In this document: piece by piece, positions 50,285 through 59,646 of the stretch
Layout: each line of letters starts with the position of its first letter
How positions within the stretch are numbered: the first letter of the stretch is position 1
From: an uncultured Gemmatimonadota bacterium
GTDB lineage: Bacteria; GCA-2686955
Direction of reading: 5' to 3'
Assembly: GCA_964490075.1 (NCBI GenBank)
Contig: CAZBBK010000009.1
Coordinates: 1-64,000 of the forward strand
Length of the DNA stretch: 64,000 nucleotides
The notes under the pieces: generated by a model
Told to the model about the DNA's origin: nothing
What the model saw: the letters and a program-made list of their open reading frames with translations, nothing else
Databases searched by the model: none
Translations under genes and position numbers: made by a program

Positions 50285-51379
50285 ATGTCCACCGTGGCGA
50301 TCACCGGCAGCTCCGGCTACTTCGGCGAGCGGCTGATCCACCGGCTGCAAGACCATCCGGGGATCGATCGGCTGGTCGGCGTCGACGTCCGCGACCCCCA
50401 TCCCGACCCCAGCGAGAAGGTCACCCACTACCGGCTCGACATCCGCAATTCGCTGCTGCCGCAGCTGCTGGCGGCGCTCGGGGTCGACACCATCATCCAC
50501 CTCGCCTTCAGCGTCAAGCCGATCCACGATCGGCGCGTAATGCACGAGATCAATCTTGTAGGCGCACTCAATCTGCTGCGCGCGGCGCGCCTGGCGAAGG
50601 TGAGGCGGATCATCCTGCTCTCGAGCACCACGGTCTACGGCTTCCACCGCGACAACCCCTACTACATGACCGAGGCACGGCGCCCGCGACCCAACCGAGA
50701 GATGCAGTATGCCGTCGACAAGGTAGAGGTAGAGACACTGGTCCAACACTATGCCCAGAAGAACTCGGCCTGCAGAACGGTGATCTTGCGGCCTTGCTCG
50801 ATGACCGGATCGAGGGTCCAGAACTACCTTTCGGACTACCTCTCCAATCCGATCGTGCCGGTCATCGTCGGCTACGATCCGCTCTTCCAGTTCGTGCACG
50901 TCGATGACGTGATCGACGCGACCATTTGCGCGCTGGACCGACGCGACGCCACCGGCATCTTCAACATCGTCGGCGACGGAGCGATTCCGCTGCGCAACGT
51001 CGTCAAGCTCTCCGGCGGCATCCCCCTGCCGGTGCCCACGCCGATCGCCGGGCCGGTCAACGATCTGCTCTGGTACCTGAAGCTGGCGCGCACCTCCTCC
51101 GGATCGCTCAGCCAATATCGCTTCTCCTGCCTGGCCTCCAACCAGAGGCTCAAGAACGAGCTCGGGATCACGCCGAGCTGCTCGTCGGAAGAGGCCCTGA
51201 AGCGCGAAATCGACTACCAGCGGGTGCGCCGCATCGATGGCGAGGAACCGCCTCGGGACCGTGCTCCGCTCTCCGATGCGCTGCGCGAGTACTACCGTGA
51301 TCGAGAGCGCGCCGAAGAGGAGCGGATCCTGCGCGTCATCCATCCACGACATTCGCAGGGCGCCCCGGCGCTAGACTGA
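50285..51379 (+). CDS. NAD-dependent epimerase/dehydratase family protein
   Basis: TGSSGYFG, HLAF, SSTTVYG, YAVDK and QFVHVDD. Confidence 0.88.
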   Translation: MSTVAITGSSGYFGERLIHRLQDHPGIDRLVGVDVRDPHPDPSEKVTHYRLDIRNSLLPQLLAALGVDTIIHLAFSVKPIHDRRVMHEINLVGALNLLRAARLAKVRRIILLSSTTVYGFHRDNPYYMTEARRPRPNREMQYAVDKVEVETLVQHYAQKNSACRTVILRPCSMTGSRVQNYLSDYLSNPIVPVIVGYDPLFQFVHVDDVIDATICALDRRDATGIFNIVGDGAIPLRNVVKLSGGIPLPVPTPIAGPVNDLLWYLKLARTSSGSLSQYRFSCLASNQRLKNELGITPSCSSEEALKREIDYQRVRRIDGEEPPRDRAPLSDALREYYRDRERAEEERILRVIHPRHSQGAPALD

Positions 51380-51393
51380 ACCGACCCGCCCTC

Positions 51394-51780
51394 ATGTCCA
51401 CCATGCGCTGCAATCTCGGCCTGTGGCCACCCGTAGTGGGCTGGGCGCTGGTGATCTTCGTTCTCAACTCGATCCCCAACCCGCCCGCGGCCCCGCCCGG
51501 CCCGGTTCCGATCGACAAGGTCGTGCACTTCGTGGAGTATTGCGTGCTTGGCGCGCTGATCTACCGCGCCGCCCGCGGAGCCGGATGGCGGCGCCCCATC
51601 GCCTGGGCGCTGGCTCTCGGCATCTCCTACGGCGCGCTCGACGAGTTCCACCAGGTTTTCATCCCCACCCGCTTCGCCGATCTCGGCGACGCCGCGACGG
51701 ATGGCGCGGGCGTGGTCGCCGGCGCATTGATCCTCAGCCACACTCACCGCCGCAAGAAGGTCGGCAGTCTCGACCCATGA
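51394..51780 (+). CDS. VanZ-family membrane protein
   Basis: DKVVHFVEY and YGALDEFHQVFIPTRFADLGD. Confidence 0.85.
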   Translation: MSTMRCNLGLWPPVVGWALVIFVLNSIPNPPAAPPGPVPIDKVVHFVEYCVLGALIYRAARGAGWRRPIAWALALGISYGALDEFHQVFIPTRFADLGDAATDGAGVVAGALILSHTHRRKKVGSLDP

Positions 51781-53573
51781 GCCAATCATCGAACCACTTC
51801 CGCACCCATAGCTCCGGCCAGCTCGGCACCGGCCAGACCGGCGAACGCGTCATTCTCTCCGGCTGGGTCCACCGGCGTCGTGACCACGGAGGGCTGATCT
51901 TCTTCGACCTACGCGATGGCGAGGGCTTGATCCAGGTGGTCTGCGACCCCTCCTCCGACTCGGCGGTGCACGAGACGGCCTTCGGGCTGCGCTCCGAGTA
52001 CGTGGTGCGTGTCGAGGGGGTGGTGCGGCTGCGGCCCGGCGGCCCCAACCCGAACCTGGCAACCGGCGAGATCGAGGTGGTCGCCGAGACGCTCGAAGTG
52101 CTGAGCACCTGCGCTCCTCTGCCCTTCCAGGTCGACACCGAGGGTCAGGCGCCTCCCGGCGAGGAGCTGCGTCTGAGCTACCGCTACCTCGATCTGCGGC
52201 GCCCCGAGATGCGCGAGCTGATCGTGCTGCGCCACCAAGTGTTGCGGGCGATCCGGGAGAGCCTGAACGACCAGGCCTTCTACGAGATCGAGACGCCGAT
52301 CCTGATGAAGAGTACGCCCGAGGGGGCGCGCGACTTCCTGGTGCCCTCGCGGATCAACCAGGGCAAGTTCTACGCCCTGCCCCAATCGCCGCAGCTCTAC
52401 AAGCAGATCCTCATGATCGCCGGCATGGAGCGCTACTACCAGATCGCCAAGTGCTTCCGCGACGAGGACTTGCGGGCCGACCGCCAGCCCGAGTTCACCC
52501 AGCTCGACCTGGAGATGAGCTTCGTCGATCGGGACGACGTGTTCGAGGTTGCCGAGGCTTGCATGGCGGATGCGGTGGCGGCGGTGCGCGGTGCGCCCTT
52601 GGCGCTGCCCTTGCCGCGCATGACCTACGCCGAGGCAATGCGCCGCTACGGAACCGACAAGCCCGACCTGCGCTTCGGTCTGGAGCTGGGGGTGATCGAC
52701 GACCTGGCGGCGACCAGCGGCTTCGGCGTCTTCCGCAAGGCCGTCGAAGCCGGCGGCACGGTGCGCTGCCTGGCCCTGCCGGGGGGCGCGACCTGGTCGC
52801 GGCGCCGCATCGAGGAGCTGGAGAAGATCGCCAAGACCTACGGCGCCAAGGGGCTGGCCTGGATCAAGCTGACCGGGGGCGCGGCCACGGGCGGAATCGC
52901 GAAGTTCCTCTCCGAAGGCGAGGTGGCGACGATCGCGGAGCGCTCCGGCGCGCGCGAGGGCGATGCGCTGCTCTTCGTGGCCGATCGGATGAGCGTCGTC
53001 TGCGCGGCGCTGGCGAATCTGCGCAACCACCTGGCGGCGGAGCTCGACCTGGCCGACCGAAACGAGCTGCGCTTTTTGTGGATCACCGATTTCCCGCTCT
53101 TCGAGCGCGATGAGACCAACGGGCGCTGGCAACCCTCTCACCACATGTTCACGCTGCCGGTCGAGGGCGACCTGGAGCGTCTGGAGAGCGATCCCGGAGC
53201 GGTGTCGTCCTACCAATACGACCTGGTGCTGAACGGTTGGGAGCTCGGCTCGGGCTCGATTCGTTGCCACCGCGCCGACATCCAGCGGCGCATCATGGCG
53301 GTGGTCGGTATGGACGAAGAGGAGGCCGAAGGGCGCTTCGGCTTCCTGCTGCGGGCCCTCGACTTCGGCGCCCCGCCCCACGGCGGGGTGGCGCTCGGGA
53401 TCGATCGCCTGGTGACACTATTGGCCGCGCGCGAGTGCGCGATGCGAGACGTGATCGCCTTCCCCAAGACGCTCACGGCGGTGTCGCTGATGGACGCCTG
53501 CCCCTCGGAGGTCGACGCAGAGCAGCTCGAGGAGCTGGGACTGGCGCTGGTAGAACGGGCGGAGGAAGACTAG
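51777..53573 (+). CDS. aspS: Aspartate--tRNA ligase (likely non-discriminating Asp/Asn)
   Basis: RRRDHGGLIF, STPEGARDF, PQSPQ, CFRDEDLRADRQPEFTQ, GAD insertion and PPHGG. Confidence 0.97.
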   Translation: MSQSSNHFRTHSSGQLGTGQTGERVILSGWVHRRRDHGGLIFFDLRDGEGLIQVVCDPSSDSAVHETAFGLRSEYVVRVEGVVRLRPGGPNPNLATGEIEVVAETLEVLSTCAPLPFQVDTEGQAPPGEELRLSYRYLDLRRPEMRELIVLRHQVLRAIRESLNDQAFYEIETPILMKSTPEGARDFLVPSRINQGKFYALPQSPQLYKQILMIAGMERYYQIAKCFRDEDLRADRQPEFTQLDLEMSFVDRDDVFEVAEACMADAVAAVRGAPLALPLPRMTYAEAMRRYGTDKPDLRFGLELGVIDDLAATSGFGVFRKAVEAGGTVRCLALPGGATWSRRRIEELEKIAKTYGAKGLAWIKLTGGAATGGIAKFLSEGEVATIAERSGAREGDALLFVADRMSVVCAALANLRNHLAAELDLADRNELRFLWITDFPLFERDETNGRWQPSHHMFTLPVEGDLERLESDPGAVSSYQYDLVLNGWELGSGSIRCHRADIQRRIMAVVGMDEEEAEGRFGFLLRALDFGAPPHGGVALGIDRLVTLLAARECAMRDVIAFPKTLTAVSLMDACPSEVDAEQLEELGLALVERAEED

Positions 53574-53755
53574 GCGCCCGGCGCCAAGCGTCGCTGCGGC
53601 TGCAACAGATCATCTCGCCATTGGCCGGGTCACCGACGCCGGCGCAACAATCGGTTGCATCGGTGCCCGCCATCTGTCGTGAGCGAGTGCTCCGTGGGCC
53701 GACGTCATGGCCGCAACCAATGGCCATGCCGCGTGTTGCTGGCGCACCATCGGCG

Positions 53756-53771
53756 TGGCACAAAGCGTGCA
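53756..53771 (+). promoter_or_regulatory. Sigma54 (-24/-12) promoter upstream of the PAS-EBP gene
   Basis: TGGCAC-AAAGC-GTGCA with exact GG-N10-GC spacing, 46 bp upstream of ATG 53817. Confidence 0.7.
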
Positions 53772-53816
53772 TCTATGCACGCCGAACGCCAAGAGACCAC
53801 CGCCCCGAGAGGACCC

Positions 53817-55205
53817 ATGACGCCAGGGCCGACGGACCGCTTCTTTGAGACCATCCTCGATTCAGTGGCTGACGGCGTGTTCACCGTCGGACGGGATTGG
53901 CGCATCACTTCGTTCAATCGAGCCGCCGAGAGAATCACCGGCATTCCCGCGGCTCGCGCCATCGGCCGGCCCTGCTCCGAGGTGTTTCACGCCGACATCT
54001 GCGAGAGCCGCTGCGCACTCCGCCGCTCGATGGAGACCGGGCAGGAGCTGATCGATCTTCCGGCACGAATCCTCGATGCGCGCGGTCGTTCGATTCCGAT
54101 CAGCCTGAGCACCGCGGTGCTGAGGGACTCGGGCGGCGAGCTGCTGGGGGCGGTAGAGACCTTTCGCGATCTGTCGGCCCTGGAGCGCCTGCGCAAAGAG
54201 ATCTCGCACGAGTACAGCTACGAGGACATCGTCGGCAAGAGTCGCGGGCTGAAGAAGATCTTCGCGATTCTTCCAGACGTCGCCGAGAGCGACGCGACGG
54301 TCCTGATCGAAGGGACGAGCGGCACGGGCAAAGAGCTGCTGGCGCGGGCGCTGCACAACCTCAGCCGGAGGCGCAAGCGGCCCTTCGTGGCCGTGAACTG
54401 CGGAGCGTTGCCGGTCAGCCTCTTCGAGTCGGAACTCTTTGGACACACCAAAGGCGCGTTCACCGATGCGCGGCGCGACAAGCCCGGGCGGCTGGCGCTG
54501 GCCGAAGGCGGCACACTCTTCCTGGATGAGGTCAGCGAGCTGCCTCCCGCCACACAGGTGAAGCTGCTCCGGGTCCTCCAGGAACGGGAGTACGAAGCGC
54601 TCGGCGGAGTGAAGACCCTGCGGGCCGACGTGCGGGTCGTTGCCGCCACCAATCAACGCCTGGTGGAGCTGGTGAGCGAAGGTCGGTTCCGTGACGATCT
54701 GTATTTCCGCCTCGCGGTGGTGCGCCTGGCGATCCCCCCGCTCAAAGAGCGTCGCGAGGATGTGCCTCTGCTGGTGAGCCATTTCATCGAGCGCTTCGAC
54801 GCCCAGCATGGGAGGGGGATCCATGGCGTGACTCCGCGCGTGATGGAAATTCTGATGCGACATGACTTCCCCGGCAACGTTCGCGAGCTCGAGAACATCA
54901 TCGAGCATGGCTTCGTGCTTTGCCACGATCCCGAAATCGATGTGCAGCATCTCCCCGAGGAGCTTCGAAGCGCCGCACCGCATCGCGTGGGGGAACAGGA
55001 CCGGCGCTCCAACCTGGCTCGCGCGGAGGCCGACGCGCTGCGCGGGACGCTGGAGCAGCACCAAGGCCGCATGATCGAGGCGGCCCATGATCTCGGGATC
55101 AGCCGCACCACCTTGTGGCGCAAGCTGAAAGAGCACGGCATCGTGGCGGCCGAATTCAAGAGCGAGCGCGGCCGGCCTGGAATCGACCAGGGTGCCGACA
55201 CGTGA
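53817..55205 (+). CDS. PAS-domain sigma54-dependent enhancer-binding protein
   Basis: PAS with three Cys (GRPCSEVFHADICESRCAL), GTSGTGKE, GAFTDA, FPGNVRELEN and HTH LGISRTTLWRK. RBS GAGAGGA. Confidence 0.92.
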   Translation: MTPGPTDRFFETILDSVADGVFTVGRDWRITSFNRAAERITGIPAARAIGRPCSEVFHADICESRCALRRSMETGQELIDLPARILDARGRSIPISLSTAVLRDSGGELLGAVETFRDLSALERLRKEISHEYSYEDIVGKSRGLKKIFAILPDVAESDATVLIEGTSGTGKELLARALHNLSRRRKRPFVAVNCGALPVSLFESELFGHTKGAFTDARRDKPGRLALAEGGTLFLDEVSELPPATQVKLLRVLQEREYEALGGVKTLRADVRVVAATNQRLVELVSEGRFRDDLYFRLAVVRLAIPPLKERREDVPLLVSHFIERFDAQHGRGIHGVTPRVMEILMRHDFPGNVRELENIIEHGFVLCHDPEIDVQHLPEELRSAAPHRVGEQDRRSNLARAEADALRGTLEQHQGRMIEAAHDLGISRTTLWRKLKEHGIVAAEFKSERGRPGIDQGADT

Positions 55206-55272
55206 TCGGCACGGAGCTTGCACGCTCATGACCGAAAGAGCACCCATCCGATCACCAGACAGAGAAATCCCC

Positions 55273-55590
55273 GTGAAAGTCGCCATCCCCAGATTGAGAG
55301 GCGCGATCGCCCCTTGTTTCGAGCACACCGCGACCATCGCCATCTACACCCTCGAAAAGGGTGCCGTCGCCGATGAGCTGGACATAATTCTGTTCAGCGA
55401 CCGCGCCCTCGACCGCGTTCGTCTGCTGACCGACCAGGAGGTCGATACACTGATCTGCGGCGGCGTGCAGAACCGCCTGGAGGACATGATCGAGGCCGCG
55501 GGGATCCAGGTGATCTCTTGGGTATCGGGCAGCGTCAACGAGGTTCTCGAACGCTTCGCACGCGGGCGCCTGATCTCGGAGCGGGACTAG
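55273..55590 (+). CDS. NifB/NifX-family (FeMo-cofactor-binding-like) small protein
   Basis: KVAIP...IAPCFE...VDTLICGG...GIQVISWVSGSVNEVL. The start could be ATG 55228. Confidence 0.8.
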   Translation: MKVAIPRLRGAIAPCFEHTATIAIYTLEKGAVADELDIILFSDRALDRVRLLTDQEVDTLICGGVQNRLEDMIEAAGIQVISWVSGSVNEVLERFARGRLISERD

Positions 55591-56372
55591 AAATTCGTCT
55601 CGTCACATCGTCTCTTCTCCGCGATCCATCCCCTGCGGATCCTGATTCGTTCCTGGCAGAGGTCCGCGAGCAACGAATCGGCGGCCGCGCTCACGTGATC
55701 CAGGTCGAAGCGGTGAAACTCGTGGGCCAGGGCCTCGACCCGCGGCACCAGGCGCTTGCGCACGTCCAGCTGTTGGTCGTCGCTCACCTTGGTGCAGATG
55801 GTGCGGAAGCAGCGATCGATCGATGCCATCTTGCCGAGCGTCTCCTCGGCGCGAGCCGGCAGCTCCGGGTGGTTCTCGGTCGTCTCGTTGTGGCATTGGC
55901 CACAGATCTCGGCCACCTGCGCCACACCGATCGCGGCGGGTCTCAGGGGTCCGTGGCAGGTCACGCAGTTGGGACCACGCTCCATCGCCTCGCCGTCCAG
56001 CAACATCTGGTAGTGCACGCTGTCGAGATAGCGCCTGGCGATCTCGCTGTGGCACCTGCCGCAGGTCTGGGGGATGCGGTCGAAGTCGACGGCCGAGTTA
56101 AAGGGCGCAGAGCCCGGCTCGGAGTGCGCGAGCGCCGCTTCGGTGGCGGTCGAGTCGCCGCCGTGACAGTCGACGCAGACCACCTGCTCGGCGTGATGCA
56201 CCGACTTCCGCCAGTCCTCGAAGTAGGTGAAGAGCTTGGGGTTCGTGACTCTGAGCTCGGGATTGCCGTGGCAATCGACGCAGCCATCGGCGCGCGCGAT
56301 CGAGGGCGCGCCGACGAGAATCGACAACGCTGCCGAAAGGGCAACGATCCAGGAGTCCGGGTGGGCGTTCAT
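55587..56372 (-). CDS. Exported pentaheme cytochrome c
   Basis: Signal peptide and five CxxCH motifs (CVDCH, CVDCH, CGRCH, CVTCH, CGQCH). Confidence 0.9.
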   Translation of the reverse strand: MNAHPDSWIVALSAALSILVGAPSIARADGCVDCHGNPELRVTNPKLFTYFEDWRKSVHHAEQVVCVDCHGGDSTATEAALAHSEPGSAPFNSAVDFDRIPQTCGRCHSEIARRYLDSVHYQMLLDGEAMERGPNCVTCHGPLRPAAIGVAQVAEICGQCHNETTENHPELPARAEETLGKMASIDRCFRTICTKVSDDQQLDVRKRLVPRVEALAHEFHRFDLDHVSAAADSLLADLCQERIRIRRGWIAEKRRCDETNF

Positions 56373-56407
56373 CGTTTCCTCCGTGGGGTCCGCCTCACCG
56401 GGTGCAA

Positions 56408-56423
56408 CGCAAGACGTAGGCCG
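56408..56423 (-). promoter_or_regulatory. Weak candidate sigma54 promoter for the cytochrome c gene
   Basis: Minus strand CGGCCT-ACGTC-TTGCG (GG-N10-GC), 36 bp upstream of the ATG. Palindromes GTTGC-N6-GCAAC (56510) and GTTTC-N6-GAAAC (56540) lie further upstream. Confidence 0.45.
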
Positions 56424-56568
56424 CGACTCGGATCCGCACGGAGGGAGTGAAATCGCCCGAGTATCAACACCTCGGAGAGCTCGTCTGGGAAGGACACTGC
56501 GCCGCAACCGTTGCGGACCTGCAACGGCCCGGTTGCGGTGTTTCGCCGCTGAAACTCCTCGCGCGCCG

Positions 56569-57183
56569 CTACTCGAGCAGTCCGTCCACCGCACGCTCGA
56601 GATCTTCGAGCGAGAAAGGCTTGGGGAAGGCCAGATCGGCTCCGAGGCGCAGCGCGGTCTCCAGGTAGAGCTGGTTGGTCGGCGCACTGATGGCGATGAT
56701 CTTGATGCCGGGATGCTCGCCGCGCAGCGCGATGATGGTCTCGATCCCGTCCTTCTCCGGCATCAGGATGTCGGTGATCACCACGTCGACCCGCTCGGTC
56801 TGGAGCTGCTCCATCGCGACCGCGCCGTTGCTCGCCTCGACGACCTGGTAGCCGGCCCGCTCCAGCTGCTTGCGCACCACCTTGCGGATCGGAGCCTCGT
56901 CGTCGACCACCAGCACGCGGCCGCGGCAATCGCGCCCGGCGTGCTTGCCGCGCCTTGCACGTTCGCGCGTCGCGGACCCCCTTTGCGGCTCACGGCCGGT
57001 TCGATCGGAGCCCGCCTGGTGCAGGCTTCCGCGGTCGTCGCCGGCCTTCGGCATCCAGGAGTACTCGAAGAAGCGCACGCGATCCTCGAGCTGCGCGCGC
57101 AGGGTCTCCGGCGATCTGGTGGCTGCTTGACTCAGGCCGAACATCTCCTGCGGCTCCCTCGCTTCCTGCCCTCTGCTTGTCAT
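56569..57183 (-). CDS. CheY-like receiver-domain protein (start uncertain)
   Basis: VLVVDDE, ITDILMPEKDGIE and PKPF. The N-terminal extension is of unclear status. Confidence 0.75.
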   Translation of the reverse strand: MTSRGQEAREPQEMFGLSQAATRSPETLRAQLEDRVRFFEYSWMPKAGDDRGSLHQAGSDRTGREPQRGSATRERARRGKHAGRDCRGRVLVVDDEAPIRKVVRKQLERAGYQVVEASNGAVAMEQLQTERVDVVITDILMPEKDGIETIIALRGEHPGIKIIAISAPTNQLYLETALRLGADLAFPKPFSLEDLERAVDGLLE

Positions 57184-57470
57184 CGGCTCATTCCGCCCGC
57201 CCGCCAGTCCGGGGACCAAGATCGAGTCCAGGTGCCACGGCGGGGCGGGCCCGCTCCCCAGGCCTCGGCGATACGGCTCATTTCCCGTGTGCATCTCGAA
57301 CCTCTCATGACCGTCGAGCGAATCGCTCGGCCGCGGACACGGGGGGGAGTCATCTTTAGGATAGACCATCGTCGGCGAATCGAGAATCGGGCGGAGCCTC
57401 TCCGAGGCCACTCGTGGTAGAGCTCGCGCGCTTGGAGCAGCTGTGGTCGACTCATGAGGAGACGTCTCGA

Positions 57471-58599
57471 ATGAACGCTTGGACCCTCGGCTCCCGTGCA
57501 TTGGTAGCGACCGGGTTGGCGGCTCTCTGCCTGCAGGCATGCGAGCAAGCCGATCAGAATCCCGTCGCGGCCGGCGAAGCCAGTTTCCGCGAAGGCCTGC
57601 GCAAGTACCGCGATGGCGACTTCGAGGCCGCCACCCAGAGCTTCCTTGCAGCGACCAAGCTCTGCCCCGACAGCGCCTCCTACCACTTCAACCTGGCCCT
57701 CAGCCTGTGCCGATCGGGGCAATCCAGGGAGGCCATCGCCGAATGCCAGGTCTACACCGGTCTGGCGCCCGAAGCCGAGAACATCCCCGACGTGATGAAC
57801 TGGGTCCAGGAGCTGGAAAGCCGCGCCGAGCGGCCCACCGCGCCCCAGGAGCGGCCGCTCCGCTCACCGAACCGCCCTCCAAGCGGCGCTGTCGCACCCC
57901 GATCGGCTGCTGCCCCGAGGGCTTCGCGCGCATCGAGGCCAGCACCTTCTGGATGGGCAGCCCGCGCGCTTCCACGATTGCGGCGACGACTGCCCGGTCG
58001 AGAGCGTGAGCTGGTTCGAAGCTGCCGAGTACTGCAACCGCCTGTCGGAGCTCGAAGACCGAGCTCCCGCCTACCAGATCGAGGGCAACGAGGTCGCCTG
58101 GGATCGCAGCGCGGACGGCTACCGACTGGCGACCGAGGCGGAGTGGGAGTACGCCGCCCGCGGTGGCAGCGAAGGCGCGGTGTACGCGGGTGAGTGGCGC
58201 ATCGAAGGAAAGAACAAGGCATCGGCGCTCGATCCGATCGCCTGGTTCGGGGGCAACAGCGGAGTCGACTACGGCGGCGGACGGAAATGCGGCGACTGGC
58301 CGGAGCGGCACTACCTATCGGAGCGCTGCGGGACCCACCCGGTCGCCACCAGGGAGGCGAACGCGCTTGGGGTCTTCGACATGCTCGGCAATGTGCGGGA
58401 GTGGTGCTGGGACTGGCACGGGGTCTACTCCAAGGAGCACCTGACCGATCCGGGTGGGCCGGGCGAAGGCAAGGAGAGGATCCTGCGCGGCGGCGGCTGG
58501 TGCAGCAATGCTCGCTTCTGTCGCGGCGCCAACCGCAGCCGCTTCTCGCCCAACTTCAAGACCCTGAACCTGGGCTTCCGTCCGGTGGCATCGTTGTAG
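57471..58599 (+). pseudogene. TPR lipoprotein fused to FGE/sulfatase-modifying (C-type lectin fold) domain, split over three frames
   Basis: Frame A: lipobox LQAC plus TPRs. Frame B: PEGFARIEASTFWMGSP (57914-57964). Frame C from 57961: PARFHDCGDDCPVESVSW...YRLATEAEWEYAARGG...DMLGNVREW...RGGGW...LGFR. Confidence 0.75.
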
Positions 58600-58806
58600 A
58601 CCGATCGAGCTCGAGCTTTCCGCGACCGGCCCCGCCCGCGGGCGACGGGGCCGGTGGTGCCGAAGTTGGAGCCGTAGCCAGTCACGCCGCTGCCGGACCA
58701 ATAGGTGTACGAACCGTTGTAGGTTCCGATGATGGCGGAGTGGCAGCTCGCCTCTTGCGTGGTCCTGCCGAACACCCCCACGTACGAGCCTCGACCTGCG
58801 CGGATC

Positions 58807-59583
58807 CTAGAACCCCTCGTCGCCTCCCAGCAATCCGCCCAGCACGTCTCCGCCCATCCCGGCGATCCCCTTCTTCTCGCCGCGCCTGGTCGAGCGGGCG
58901 CCGGCCAACACGCGATCGGCCAGCCTCGAGAAGGGCAGACTCTGCAGATAGGCCGTTCCGGGACCGGTCAAAGTGGCAAGGAAAAGCCCCTCGCCGCCGA
59001 AGAGAGCATTCTTGAATCCACCGATGAACTGGATGTCGTAGGAGACCGAGCTGGTGAGGCCGACCAGGCAGCCGGTGTCGATGCGCAGCCGCTGCCCCGG
59101 CTCCAGGTCCTTGCGGATGATCGTCCCGCCGGCATGCACGAAGGCCCGCCCGTCGCCCGTCAGGCGCTGCAGAATGAACCCCTCGCCGCCGAAGAGCCCG
59201 GCCCCGAGCCGCTTTGTGAACGCGACCTCGATCTCGATCCCCTGCGCCGCGCACAAGAAGGCGTCTTTCTGACAGATGAAGCTGCCGCCCATGCCGCCGA
59301 GATCGAGCGGGATGATCCTCCCCGGGTAGGGCGCCGCGAAGGCCACGTGACCCTTGCCCTGACCGTTGTGGAGGAAGGTGGTGATGAAGAAGCTCTCCCC
59401 CGTGACCATCCGCTTGAAGCCATTGAAGAGCCCTCCGCCGGTCGAGGTCTGCATCTCGATCCCATCCTCCATGTAGGTCATCGTGCCGACTTCGGCGCGA
59501 ACCCCCTCGCCCGGATCCAGCTCGATCTCCACGAGCTGCATGTCATCACCGTAGATGGAATAGTCGATCACGTCCGCTGCCAT
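58807..59583 (-). CDS. TIGR00266/AIM24-family protein
   Basis: [39 protein letters not shown] and [10 protein letters not shown]. Confidence 0.9.
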   Translation of the reverse strand: MAADVIDYSIYGDDMQLVEIELDPGEGVRAEVGTMTYMEDGIEMQTSTGGGLFNGFKRMVTGESFFITTFLHNGQGKGHVAFAAPYPGRIIPLDLGGMGGSFICQKDAFLCAAQGIEIEVAFTKRLGAGLFGGEGFILQRLTGDGRAFVHAGGTIIRKDLEPGQRLRIDTGCLVGLTSSVSYDIQFIGGFKNALFGGEGLFLATLTGPGTAYLQSLPFSRLADRVLAGARSTRRGEKKGIAGMGGDVLGGLLGGDEGF

Positions 59584-59646
59584 CTCTGGGTCCTTTCTGG
59601 TCGAGGAGATCGGGTTGGAGGAGCTGGTGCCATCAGGATCTTGGCC

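Noticed and set aside
55273-55590. Nitrogen fixation cluster
   Set aside because: Only a NifB/NifX-fold protein is present, with no nifHDK/ENB. The family is widespread outside diazotrophs.
58480-58810. Diversity-generating retroelement targeting the FGE/CLec C-terminus
   Set aside because: I found no adenine-variant template copy of 58490-58590 and no reverse transcriptase in the window. A remote DGR elsewhere cannot be excluded.
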